IMG/VR virus record: IMGVR_UViG_3300020043_004003
Location: 1-36,277 of that record
Strand: one strand, 5' to 3'
Length of the DNA stretch: 36,277 nt
Source of the DNA: a virus
Lineage: Duplodnaviria; Caudoviricetes
Within the stretch, counting starts at the first letter, position 1. Each line of letters starts with the position of its first letter. Positions 24,204-33,472 of the stretch are shown in pieces. The translations under genes and the position numbers were made by a program. The notes below the pieces were generated by a model. That model saw only the letters and a list, made by a program, of their open reading frames with translations. It did not search any database and had not been told where the DNA came from.

Positions 24204-24894
24204 AAACTTAGAAGATTTAAGAGAAGAATTTTTAAAGAACGGCGGGCATGAAATAACTGACGCCATAACGGTTATTAAATTTATGCTTAGTAAAGGATTT
24301 TCCCGCCGACCGAAGCTGGTTCCGTTGGATGAAAATACCGTCTTTAATTGGTTTCGTTCGACATTCAAATATGATTTAAAGAGTGGTTTTGGAGTAAACA
24401 AAAGAACGAAATTCTTCAAAGATAAATCTAAAGAATTTTGCCGCGCCTTCTCTGCCCAGCCAGCATCGCAGGGGTTGCCTTTTCCTGGTTTTCATGATGA
24501 CGATTTTTTTGAGACGCTTAAACACTATTCTGGCGGTTTAATTAATGACAGCAATGGAACAGCGGTTGCAAATGCCGTAGCCGAGAGAGCCAATATAGTT
24601 CTTGAAATGAAGTTGCGGCTCGCTAAGAAAGCGGAAGATTATTTGTCCGCCTCATCAGTTAATGCGGAGGTAGTTAAGGCTCTTAAAAACTGTGCTGGAA
24701 AACTTCAGACATACGTTGATAGTGGCAATCCAAGATCACCGTACAAAAACGGCATCAATCCATTTTATGTCCTTGGTAGTAAAGAAGCCTTAAAAGATGC
24801 CGAACAAGCCCTCAACTCCATCAAAGCGGGAAAGGAACCAAATGCTCATAAAGATGAATTTGCCGGAGAGAATCGACAATCCACATCACTGTGA
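24196..24894 (+). CDS. Hypothetical, apparently mosaic protein
   Basis: 232 aa ORF with short domains joined by linkers. Confidence 0.65.
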   Translation: MVENLEDLREEFLKNGGHEITDAITVIKFMLSKGFSRRPKLVPLDENTVFNWFRSTFKYDLKSGFGVNKRTKFFKDKSKEFCRAFSAQPASQGLPFPGFHDDDFFETLKHYSGGLINDSNGTAVANAVAERANIVLEMKLRLAKKAEDYLSASSVNAEVVKALKNCAGKLQTYVDSGNPRSPYKNGINPFYVLGSKEALKDAEQALNSIKAGKEPNAHKDEFAGENRQSTSL

Positions 24895-25099
24895 ATACGA
24901 AAACGGACACAATAATTGTTGGGATAAAATATTTTCCATGAACCAACCCCTTGTCCGCGGGATGGAAATTGATAAACAAGAACTAGCAAATATTATGAAA
25001 GAATTTAGAAAGAATCAGCCGATTATGAAATACAGCATGGAACTGATGGCTCAACACATAATTGATAATTCTATTCGTTGGTTAAAGGAAGCGGTTTAA
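24842..25099 (+). CDS. Hypothetical protein
   Basis: Track ORF 24797..25099; likely start MLIKMNLP after AAGGA. Confidence 0.55.
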   Translation: MLIKMNLPERIDNPHHCEYENGHNNCWDKIFSMNQPLVRGMEIDKQELANIMKEFRKNQPIMKYSMELMAQHIIDNSIRWLKEAV

Positions 25100-25411
25100 C
25101 ATGAGCGATGATCAAAAGAGAATACTCGAATTTTTACACAAATGTTTAGACCCATACTTACCACCTATAATTTCCTATTCAAACCAGTCATTAGAATTAA
25201 TCGCCAAGACGATTGATGAATATTATAAATTTAGAAATCCATATTAAAGCCAACGCCCACGTATGGCTGAAAGAAGTGGAGAAAGGAAAGTGATGGAAAT
25301 AATATTAGCCATAGCGCAGTGCATCTGCGCCTGTTTTATTTGGGTTGTTATAGTTTACTTAGTAACCAAATTTAATAACTGCATGAACAAATACTTGGGG
25401 GAGGGGGAATA

Positions 25412-25702
25412 ATGCTTCAAATAATTTATATCATCGTCGGGATTATCGCAGTCTTAGCAATATCCGCCTGTACGCTCTGTTGTTGCTTCGCATGGGCTAT
25501 AGAGCTGATCGACAAATGGCGTGAGCCTTATTGGAGGGCTGGAACTTCACAAATGTACGCTAGGTTAGCCAATGCCTTTAGAGACGAGAAAATAACTTAT
25601 ATATTCAAACGTCTAAGAGACGACAATGTTCAAGGCTTTGGTTTAGATGTTTGGCAATTTAGAGACGAAGTTGAAGAAAAGTTTAAGGAGAAAACTACAT
25701 GA
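25412..25702 (+). CDS. Membrane protein
   Basis: N-terminal TM segment; GGAGG RBS. Confidence 0.65.
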   Translation: MLQIIYIIVGIIAVLAISACTLCCCFAWAIELIDKWREPYWRAGTSQMYARLANAFRDEKITYIFKRLRDDNVQGFGLDVWQFRDEVEEKFKEKTT

Positions 25703-25772
25703 CCAAAACCCTCTTATTCCTAACCCTCATGCTTGTCGCTCCGGTGGCGGGGGCTTTAAAGGAGTACAACTA

Positions 25773-25928
25773 ATGCTCGGCTCAATCCTAGTCCTAACAG
25801 GAATCTTCGTATTTATCCAATTCGCAACGATCAATAATATTACGGGCAATATCGGCAATGTCATAACCATGATGGCCGTCATTTTACTTTTATCTTTTGG
25901 TGGGCTTTTAGCGAGGAGGGATTTTTAG
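25773..25928 (+). CDS. Small two-TM membrane protein
   Basis: MLGSILVLTGIFVFI...MMAVILLLSFGGLL; AAGGAG RBS. Confidence 0.55.
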   Translation: MLGSILVLTGIFVFIQFATINNITGNIGNVITMMAVILLLSFGGLLARRDF

Positions 25929-26138
25929 ATGGACGGAAACATACAAGCAAATATTCAACAAATCAGGGATTGTTTACAGAAATATAGTACTTGGGGCGAA
26001 AACCACATCATTAACATTTGTTCTGGTCAGACTCATGTTATCCCGTGGGGGATTGAGGATTATTTACTTATTATGATTTTAATATTTATTCTTATTATGG
26101 TTTCTTTCTTCATATTTTTAACATGGAGGAATTTTTAA
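25929..26138 (+). CDS. Small membrane protein
   Basis: C-terminal TM segment; GGAGG RBS. Confidence 0.6.
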   Translation: MDGNIQANIQQIRDCLQKYSTWGENHIINICSGQTHVIPWGIEDYLLIMILIFILIMVSFFIFLTWRNF

Positions 26139-26617
26139 TGTCAAACGCTCAAGCTGAACTCGGAGATATGTACGGAAAGCCAATAACCCGCCGAGACATT
26201 GGTAAGAAATGTGGTTTTCAAAACTGCCCGACAGTATTAAACGCTTACAACACCGGAAACTTCTGCTACGCCCACGCCAGCGAGCAAGTCAAGCGATACG
26301 ACAACGGCGAACGCAACCAAAAGTACAAAACCTACAAGCGTACTAACCGATCAAACCCAGACATACTCGCCCTAACAACAAAGGACTTTATGAATGTTGA
26401 CATCCTTTCCAAAATCGTAAGCAACCACTACGGAGTAAGAAAGATTTACAAAATAATCGAATCATGGGACGAGACAAAGACCGCCGTAGAGAACGCTAAG
26501 ACCACCAAGATTCATCCGGTTTATGCTAGGGTGGTAGCTAAGAAGTACGGGCTTAAATTTAAGGTTGTTAGGTTGCCGAATAATAGTTTGGTTAAAAAAC
26601 GGAAAGGAAAAAAATGA
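26138..26617 (+). CDS. Basic hypothetical protein with Cys/His cluster; last early gene
   Basis: CGFQNC...CYAH; start MSNAQ after GGAGG, TAATG overlap. Confidence 0.65.
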   Translation: MSNAQAELGDMYGKPITRRDIGKKCGFQNCPTVLNAYNTGNFCYAHASEQVKRYDNGERNQKYKTYKRTNRSNPDILALTTKDFMNVDILSKIVSNHYGVRKIYKIIESWDETKTAVENAKTTKIHPVYARVVAKKYGLKFKVVRLPNNSLVKKRKGKK

Positions 26618-26666
26618 CCTATTTACTAATCATGGTAATAGTTATTATATTGTCCGTAGCTGATAG

Positions 26667-29150
26667 TTAATATCCAGAAACCCCCTTAGATATTAACATC
26701 TGAATTAATCTAGCATTTTTGATGGATTCTCCAGCTTTAATAGTTTTCTTAGATGCCGCCTTAATAATTTCTTTGTTCTTTAGAGAGAATTGTGCCATCT
26801 TAGACAGAATTACAGGTGACATAACATAAGCTAGACCACCCTTAGCTAAAGCACTTGTGGCCGCTGTCCCAGCTCCGATAGCACCAGTTGCACCAGCTAT
26901 GCTAGAGCCAACGCCACCGTAAAGACCAATGTTTTGTGCTACTCTTGGAAACCCACCGCCCGGACGCCAAGATTGGAATATTTGTTTGGCTTTAAAGAAA
27001 TCATCTTCGTTTCTAGCTGACTGAATCAATTCTTCTAAATCAGCTTTCTGACTTGTCCTAAACTCATGTAATTTTCGGTCAAAAGACTCTCTTATCAAGT
27101 CTGTTTCTTTGGCGTTGTCATCGGACATTTTTCTGAATAAAGTTGATAGAGTTTTTCCTTCTTCAGTAACTAAGGCTCCTTGCTGTTTAAGTCCTTTAAG
27201 AGAATTTCTGAATTCTGATACAACTTTTCTTTTAGACATATCTGCTTTTGTTTTAGCGGCTGTAAGGAATTTAAGTTGCTCCGATTCGATTGCTTTATAG
27301 CTGTCGGTCATTCTTTTTAATGGTGCAGATGCTTTAAACTGACTTTTATTTTCAATAGATAACAATTCACGCATAAAATTCTTCTCGCCGTTTTCCATTG
27401 CGTTCATAACATACTTAGCATTAAATATGCGTCCTTTACCATCTGCGGTGTCTTTGTAGAGTAAACTATCAAAGCCTTTAATAGCATCCTTCATTGTTCC
27501 GTATTTTTTGTATACAGACTTTAATTCCGAAACATAACTTCTAGCCGCTGGCGATAAGTCGTCAAGGTAATTAGAAACATCTAACGCCGAACCTATCATG
27601 TCCGATACTTTACCGAAACCAGTCCCCTCGCCAAGACCTTCCTGCAACCACTTCTTAGGAAGAACACGCTCATAGATACCTTTGTTAAATCTCAACTTAT
27701 ACATATTGATAACGCCGTTTTCGGAGAAGTCATTAACCAAAGAGTTAAGACCAGACTCAATATCCCCAGCTACACCAGTACCAATATCATGCCCAACCCT
27801 AGACCTTATCTTAAACTTTCCCTCTTCAAATGAAGCCCTAAAAACACGGCTTTCATTAATAGCTGTAATAACATTCTTAACAACATTAGATGTCTTAGCA
27901 CCCTCGGTTGGATAGTCGTCAACCATCCTTGTTAAAACATCATCAATCTCGCCGTCAACCTGACCTTTATAATCATCCAAAGTCTTTTTGAACCCAGCAG
28001 CCCAAGTCGTCATTTCATCATCTAATGCGTCCTTTGCTAATTTAACGGATTTATCGTACTGAACGGCGGCATTAGCTAAAGACTCACGGTTATTAAAATT
28101 AAGCTCTTCAACTGATGCCCTAGTTGTTTCTCTCAAATCTGAGATAGCTTGTTTTACGTTATCGGACTTGGAGTCAACGATTTGTTTTTTAGCAATCTCG
28201 TCGTCCCTAATTAATAATTCATTACGACGAATTTGTTCTCTTTCCTGTTTTTGGAACTCTTGCTTCTTCTCAAATAAATCCTGTTCTTGCTTATTCCTGA
28301 ATTTAACAACACGCTCTTGGTTGGTATTGTAAACATCTTCATATCTCTGCGGTGACTTAGCCATGTACTTTTTAGGGTCAGCTAAGAATCCGTCAATTTC
28401 TTTAGTTGGAACGCCCATAGATTCAGCCATGCTACGGAACACTTTTTTTCCGTATTTCGGGATAAATGCCCCTAACTTCTCAAGCGATACTCCAGCTCCT
28501 TTAAATGCAAGACCAATCGTTCCTGTAATAGCTGCGCCTTGAGCAAATTGACCTGCAAATTGACCAGGAGACAGACTCTCACCTGTTCCTTCTGCTTCTT
28601 TACGACCATATTCATCTAAAGCCTGTAATACGCCACCTCTTAGAGCCAAAGAACCAACTCCAGCACCAGTACCTGCAAACTCTGCACCAGCTAACGGAGC
28701 TGTACCAACCATCTGCCAAACCCAACTGTTAGGGTCTTGGTATTTCATAGATGACGATACGCCTTCCCAATATTTAACATTTTCAGTAAGACGTTTTTGG
28801 ATTTCGTCTTTTCCTAATATTGGTAATCCTAAAATGGCATTAACAGCTAATAATTTCTGGTTAAATCCAATAGAACTTTCGGCATAGCCTTTAGCCATGT
28901 CGTTAAATATGGTTTGGACTGGGTTTCCATGTTTCCTAGTCTCTATTTTCTGTTCATTTGTTATTGACGATTCTTCTTGTTTTTTTGGCAATATAGAATT
29001 AACATCAGCGATTACCGCATCAATATCTTGAGGTTCTTGCTGTTGATAACCGCTTCCAATATCCTCAGCAACCATAGAAGATACCCGACTCTGACTATTG
29101 CTTTTTAGCCTATTATTTACATCTGCAATGACTTGATCAATATTAGCCAT
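26667..29150 (-). CDS. Large internal virion/DNA ejection protein
   Basis: 827 aa; last late gene; G/A-rich hydrophobic patches plus coiled coil; P22 gp16-like position. Confidence 0.6.
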   Translation of the reverse strand: MANIDQVIADVNNRLKSNSQSRVSSMVAEDIGSGYQQQEPQDIDAVIADVNSILPKKQEESSITNEQKIETRKHGNPVQTIFNDMAKGYAESSIGFNQKLLAVNAILGLPILGKDEIQKRLTENVKYWEGVSSSMKYQDPNSWVWQMVGTAPLAGAEFAGTGAGVGSLALRGGVLQALDEYGRKEAEGTGESLSPGQFAGQFAQGAAITGTIGLAFKGAGVSLEKLGAFIPKYGKKVFRSMAESMGVPTKEIDGFLADPKKYMAKSPQRYEDVYNTNQERVVKFRNKQEQDLFEKKQEFQKQEREQIRRNELLIRDDEIAKKQIVDSKSDNVKQAISDLRETTRASVEELNFNNRESLANAAVQYDKSVKLAKDALDDEMTTWAAGFKKTLDDYKGQVDGEIDDVLTRMVDDYPTEGAKTSNVVKNVITAINESRVFRASFEEGKFKIRSRVGHDIGTGVAGDIESGLNSLVNDFSENGVINMYKLRFNKGIYERVLPKKWLQEGLGEGTGFGKVSDMIGSALDVSNYLDDLSPAARSYVSELKSVYKKYGTMKDAIKGFDSLLYKDTADGKGRIFNAKYVMNAMENGEKNFMRELLSIENKSQFKASAPLKRMTDSYKAIESEQLKFLTAAKTKADMSKRKVVSEFRNSLKGLKQQGALVTEEGKTLSTLFRKMSDDNAKETDLIRESFDRKLHEFRTSQKADLEELIQSARNEDDFFKAKQIFQSWRPGGGFPRVAQNIGLYGGVGSSIAGATGAIGAGTAATSALAKGGLAYVMSPVILSKMAQFSLKNKEIIKAASKKTIKAGESIKNARLIQMLISKGVSGY

Positions 29151-29151
29151 G

Positions 29152-30276
29152 TTATTTACCTTGTTTGGTTGAACGAACTTTTCTAAGGGCTTTCATAATT
29201 GTAACATCGTCATATTTACCTGTTCCTCTAGCGGCAGTTATCCATTCTCTGTCGGATGAATACGGATCCATTTTATCAAACACCGTCTTTGACTTATCTA
29301 TAATTCCTTTAATTATTCCTACTGCAACTTTAGGGTCTTGAAACTGTGCTGGTATACCCCTCTTTGCTAATATACTTTCTATCGTCTTGTTCTCTTGCGG
29401 AGTTAATGCAGAACCACCTTGAAAGAATTTTCTGTTTGCAGCTATCTGATTAGCCCAAATTAATGTTTCTTGACCATAAGCATCTCCGGGCCATCCCAAT
29501 GTTCTTAGGGCTGTAGGGTCTTTATCCAATCTTGTTAATAATTTTGAGCCAGCTTTTGTCATTTCGTCTAATGCTGTGAACTTTGTTAATTCTTCTCCAG
29601 AAAATGTTGGCTGTTTTTCAATAGAATCAAGATATGTTTGTGCATGCGTTTTGTCAAGTTTATCCATTTCCATAGCTTTATTAATACGAGCAGTCTCATA
29701 AGCCATAGTTTTTTCGTAGCGGTCTTTTTCTTGGGCTGGCTGTTCCCCACGTAACTGTTGCTGTTTAATTTGATTATCTAGTTGCAATCCAGTATTCGTA
29801 GGGTTCAAATCCATTCCCGTCAATTTACTTAATAATCCTTTGCTAGTATTTCCATATTGTTGTTGCAACGGTGGTTGCATTGGCTGTGCTGATTGTTGCG
29901 GTGGCTGTTGAGCCATAGATAATAAACTTTGCAATAAAGGAGCAACATTCTGTTGTTGCTGTTGCATTCCCATCTGTGCCGATTGATTAGCAATCATCAT
30001 CGGGTCTGAACCCTTCATTAATGCTTCACTAGCGTGTGCATAACCACTCTCATTAAGTGCTTTATCGACACCTTTTTGGTAAGCATTAGCTTGTGGTTTC
30101 TGCGGTTGTCCACCGCCACCGCCCATACGCTGTTCATTAGCACTAATATCCGACTGAGCAACGCCCATCTGCGCCTGTTGCTGTGGAGCCGTCTGTAGCA
30201 ATGAAGATAACAACTGCAATAGCTGATTAGGCTGTTGTTGTGCGTCTTGTCTCATTTGTTGTGGTATTTGTGGCAT
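29152..30276 (-). CDS. Gln-rich internal virion/ejection protein
   Basis: Q/P/M-rich N-terminal half; P22 gp20-like position; AAGGAGG RBS. Confidence 0.6.
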   Translation of the reverse strand: MPQIPQQMRQDAQQQPNQLLQLLSSLLQTAPQQQAQMGVAQSDISANEQRMGGGGGQPQKPQANAYQKGVDKALNESGYAHASEALMKGSDPMMIANQSAQMGMQQQQQNVAPLLQSLLSMAQQPPQQSAQPMQPPLQQQYGNTSKGLLSKLTGMDLNPTNTGLQLDNQIKQQQLRGEQPAQEKDRYEKTMAYETARINKAMEMDKLDKTHAQTYLDSIEKQPTFSGEELTKFTALDEMTKAGSKLLTRLDKDPTALRTLGWPGDAYGQETLIWANQIAANRKFFQGGSALTPQENKTIESILAKRGIPAQFQDPKVAVGIIKGIIDKSKTVFDKMDPYSSDREWITAARGTGKYDDVTIMKALRKVRSTKQGK

Positions 30277-30286
30277 TTAATCCTCC

Positions 30287-30871
30287 TTAAAACATAAATC
30301 CAGAAGCCGCTTCACCAGCACCCTTACCAAAAGAACTTCCGGCACTCTGCTGAAAACTCTTCAAAAACGGATTCATAGCCTTAACAGTCGAAGTGCCATT
30401 ATAAGTCCTTAGACCGGCTAAACTATTTCCAAGCTGTGCGGCATTTTGATTCATCGGAGCCTGTACCGATGCCTGCCCACCAATAGCCAAATTTAATAAC
30501 TGTTGTAATGACTGGACATTGAACTGTGCGTTTTGATTTCTAATATCACCAGAAGTTCTAGAAGCTATTGAAGCCGCAACGCCACTATCTAATATCCCGC
30601 TTTGTTGGAACATTGGGTATAAATCTTTTAGAGATTGGTCAACCATGCCTTGCGTCTGCTGTTCATTAATTCCCATCGAACCACTTAAATAACCCGGTAA
30701 CGCACTACCAGTCAATAATTGATTGACTAGGTTCGAAGCATTTCTATTCATTGCTATTTGGTCATTCTCTCCAGCCGATTGTATTCTTCCCTGACTAGCT
30801 AACAATGCCCGTTCTTCTGGTGTTGCGGTAGCCTGTTGATTTGTGCTGGTAGTTGTTTTATCCGCTCCCAT
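30287..30871 (-). CDS. Small ejection/pilot protein
   Basis: MGADKTTTST start, Q/A/S/G-rich, RGxxxS-like QSGILDSG; P22 gp7-like position. Confidence 0.6.
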   Translation of the reverse strand: MGADKTTTSTNQQATATPEERALLASQGRIQSAGENDQIAMNRNASNLVNQLLTGSALPGYLSGSMGINEQQTQGMVDQSLKDLYPMFQQSGILDSGVAASIASRTSGDIRNQNAQFNVQSLQQLLNLAIGGQASVQAPMNQNAAQLGNSLAGLRTYNGTSTVKAMNPFLKSFQQSAGSSFGKGAGEAASGFMF

Positions 30872-31286
30872 AGCTATTCTCCATTATTCTGATTCTATTA
30901 TTACGATTAGTTTCATGCCCTATAAAATAAGAACAGTCCCTGTTGATTTTCCTAAATATTTGTTTCAAGTATTTTATCGCAATGCTATTTCGGTATTTTT
31001 TATGAACAAACAAAGCGCTAATGTAACAAATAGAACCATCCGTAATATTTTCATCAAAAACATAAAAATCTTTGTCTAAAACTTTCCTGAATTGCTCTGG
31101 AGTTATTCTCCAAAACTCGACATAACCGCACAACTTATCCCCGTCAATAAATATAATTATATTACCACTAGATAATAGACGGATAAAATATTCCATTGAA
31201 TCTTCAACTGACAATTTCTTAACGTGCCAGTTTTCGTGGTTGTGATATATGTCTATAAGCTGATCTATAATATTATGATGTTGCAT
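30858..31286 (-). CDS. GNAT-family acetyltransferase-like protein
   Basis: DGDKLCGYVEF...CYISALFVHKKYRN motif A. Confidence 0.7.
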   Translation of the reverse strand: MQHHNIIDQLIDIYHNHENWHVKKLSVEDSMEYFIRLLSSGNIIIFIDGDKLCGYVEFWRITPEQFRKVLDKDFYVFDENITDGSICYISALFVHKKYRNSIAIKYLKQIFRKINRDCSYFIGHETNRNNRIRIMENSYGSG

Positions 31287-32121
31287 ATTTGTATAAGTAT
31301 GCTGTTCCGGTTAATGTCATTGAACCGCCCGTTTCAATGGTAATGCTAGATAGCGCCGTATCAGAATCAACAATTCCCATTGCCGAATGTTGGGCAAATG
31401 TTCCCGCATTATCAACGCTCATTCCATTTAATATGAATCTTGTTTTCGTTGTATCAGTTGCTATTGTCCCAAATCCAATAGTCCAACTTCCTATTGTTGG
31501 GCTAGAAGTATTTAATCCAGAAGAAATATTATGAAATGCAAATTTATTACTAGAAGAATAATTTGAAGTTGCCTTTATTGTTGATAGCGTTCCGTTTGTA
31601 TAAATCAATAATTCTTCATTAGCCGAAGCTACTGATAGATCAACAACTAATAAGTATGGAATAGCTGTTGTTAATCCAGTAATTGTTTTAGTCGTGTCAC
31701 CAGAAAACGTCGTAGCCGATACAAAACTCAAACCAAAAGCCGGAAGATTAGCAACTGGTATAACACCAGCACCGCTAGGGATAGAAGCTAAAGATGTTAA
31801 TGCCGCACCTGACACTTTACCTGCGGTTGATATTGTGCTTAATTTGCTATCCGCAATCGAACCTGCTAGATCAGCATTAAGGATTGCTCCAGTTAAGGAT
31901 AATTTGCTATAAGCTATCGCCGCACTAGCGTTAACATCAGCATTAAGTATCGAACCTGTTAAAGCTAATTTACTGTAGGCTATAGCCGCTGAACTTTTAA
32001 TATTAGCATTATCAATATTCCCATTAATAGCATTTTTAAGTGTGCTAAAATTATCGTTATGTTCAGATGCAACTATTGTTGCTCCAGCTGAAAATACATA
32101 TTGTATTGTGATAAGACTCAT
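31273..32121 (-). CDS. Tail fibre/spike protein
   Basis: Shares N-terminal domain with 32126-32755; internal SAAIAYSKLxLTGxILNAD x2. Confidence 0.65.
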   Translation of the reverse strand: MSLITIQYVFSAGATIVASEHNDNFSTLKNAINGNIDNANIKSSAAIAYSKLALTGSILNADVNASAAIAYSKLSLTGAILNADLAGSIADSKLSTISTAGKVSGAALTSLASIPSGAGVIPVANLPAFGLSFVSATTFSGDTTKTITGLTTAIPYLLVVDLSVASANEELLIYTNGTLSTIKATSNYSSSNKFAFHNISSGLNTSSPTIGSWTIGFGTIATDTTKTRFILNGMSVDNAGTFAQHSAMGIVDSDTALSSITIETGGSMTLTGTAYLYKYATS

Positions 32122-32125
32122 TATA

Positions 32126-32755
32126 TTAAGCTCCTAATGGTATAAAACTTAAAGCAATTAATGTCGGGGAACCACCGGCAATAGTAATCTTATAATAGTT
32201 GTTCTTCTTTATTGGGTACATGATATTCCCACGCAGAGTACTCGAACCATTATATACTAATTGTTGAACTACTTCCGTCGGAGGCGTTGCTGAATCCGTA
32301 TATAATACTGCCTGATCGCCAGATACTAATGTTGCACAGTATGAAACGAAACCATCCGTTGCCGCCTGATAAATTGTGTCTACAGATTTAGATACGCTTG
32401 TTCCAACTAAACCACCAATATTTGTTAATAATGCCCCGCTAACTGCCGGTATCTGTGCGCTACCGTTTAACTTCAATATCTTATTAGCCGTAGTCCCCGT
32501 ATCAATATTCGCAACTGGAATTAATCCAGCACCCGACGGTATTGACGTTAATGATGTCAAGGAAGCACCAGAAACCTTACCCGGTGTTGTTATTTGAGCT
32601 AACTTGCTGTCAACTATACCAGCAGATGCTTTAATATTTACATTCTCAATATTTCCATTTACAAGAGTAAATAATCTATTAAAATTCTCGTTGTGCTCTG
32701 CTGCAACAATAATCGTTCCAGCTGTAAATGTATAACCAACGCTAATTAATGCCAT
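32126..32755 (-). CDS. Tail fibre/spike protein (paralog)
   Basis: FxAGxxIVAxEHNxNF N-terminus; C-terminal YQAATDGFV...PIKKNNYYKI tip domain. Confidence 0.65.
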   Translation of the reverse strand: MALISVGYTFTAGTIIVAAEHNENFNRLFTLVNGNIENVNIKASAGIVDSKLAQITTPGKVSGASLTSLTSIPSGAGLIPVANIDTGTTANKILKLNGSAQIPAVSGALLTNIGGLVGTSVSKSVDTIYQAATDGFVSYCATLVSGDQAVLYTDSATPPTEVVQQLVYNGSSTLRGNIMYPIKKNNYYKITIAGGSPTLIALSFIPLGA

Positions 32756-33096
32756 TATGCGTCTCCTACTATTGTTTTTTTACTATATTCTTTCATATAA
32801 TTTTCTTTTCTATATTCAGTCCAGTTTGGATATAGTGAAGATTCGACAAGATCGGTAGTCTCTTTATCCCATCCTTTAATAACGCATTCCATAATTGAAT
32901 TTCTATCTTCCGGTTTAATATTATCAGCACATTTTAGACATAGAGCAACACGCATAACAGAACCATCATTAAGTTTAAATTCTTTTTCAGTATACTCGGC
33001 AGTCAATCTCCTTTGAGACTTGCCCTCTATAACCTCATCTATCAACATATTCTTATGACATTTTACACAATGACCATACTGATCCCAGTCCATCAT
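32755..33096 (-). CDS. Zn-finger hypothetical protein
   Basis: CVKC...CLKC. Confidence 0.65.
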   Translation of the reverse strand: MMDWDQYGHCVKCHKNMLIDEVIEGKSQRRLTAEYTEKEFKLNDGSVMRVALCLKCADNIKPEDRNSIMECVIKGWDKETTDLVESSLYPNWTEYRKENYMKEYSKKTIVGDA

Positions 33097-33103
33097 ATCG
33101 ACC

Positions 33104-33472
33104 TCACTTTAATAAAAATATTGTAAATGTTACACTTGCAACACTACATTTTAAGTAAACATTTGTGCTTGTCCATGCCGTACCACTATCATATAAAGAA
33201 CCAGCTTTATCCTGCTTTAAAACGATATACCCTACCGGAACAGCCCCGATTGTATGGGCAACAGTATCTTCTGTATCTGGTGTTGCGTTAGATGTGAACA
33301 CCTGAAACTCACCGCTAATATTCTCACCCCTATCACCATCTGTACCAGACCCAAACCTTACACGACCATGTAATGCAGTAAATAAACTGGATATATCAGC
33401 ATCAAGATTCTTGTCATACTGATTTGTCTTATCTTCTCTTGTCGATAAATTAGCAGTCTTTACTAATTTCAT
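33104..33472 (-). CDS. Small tail-associated protein
   Basis: Follows nozzle gene; VAHTIGAVPVGY motif. Confidence 0.55.
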   Translation of the reverse strand: MKLVKTANLSTREDKTNQYDKNLDADISSLFTALHGRVRFGSGTDGDRGENISGEFQVFTSNATPDTEDTVAHTIGAVPVGYIVLKQDKAGSLYDSGTAWTSTNVYLKCSVASVTFTIFLLK

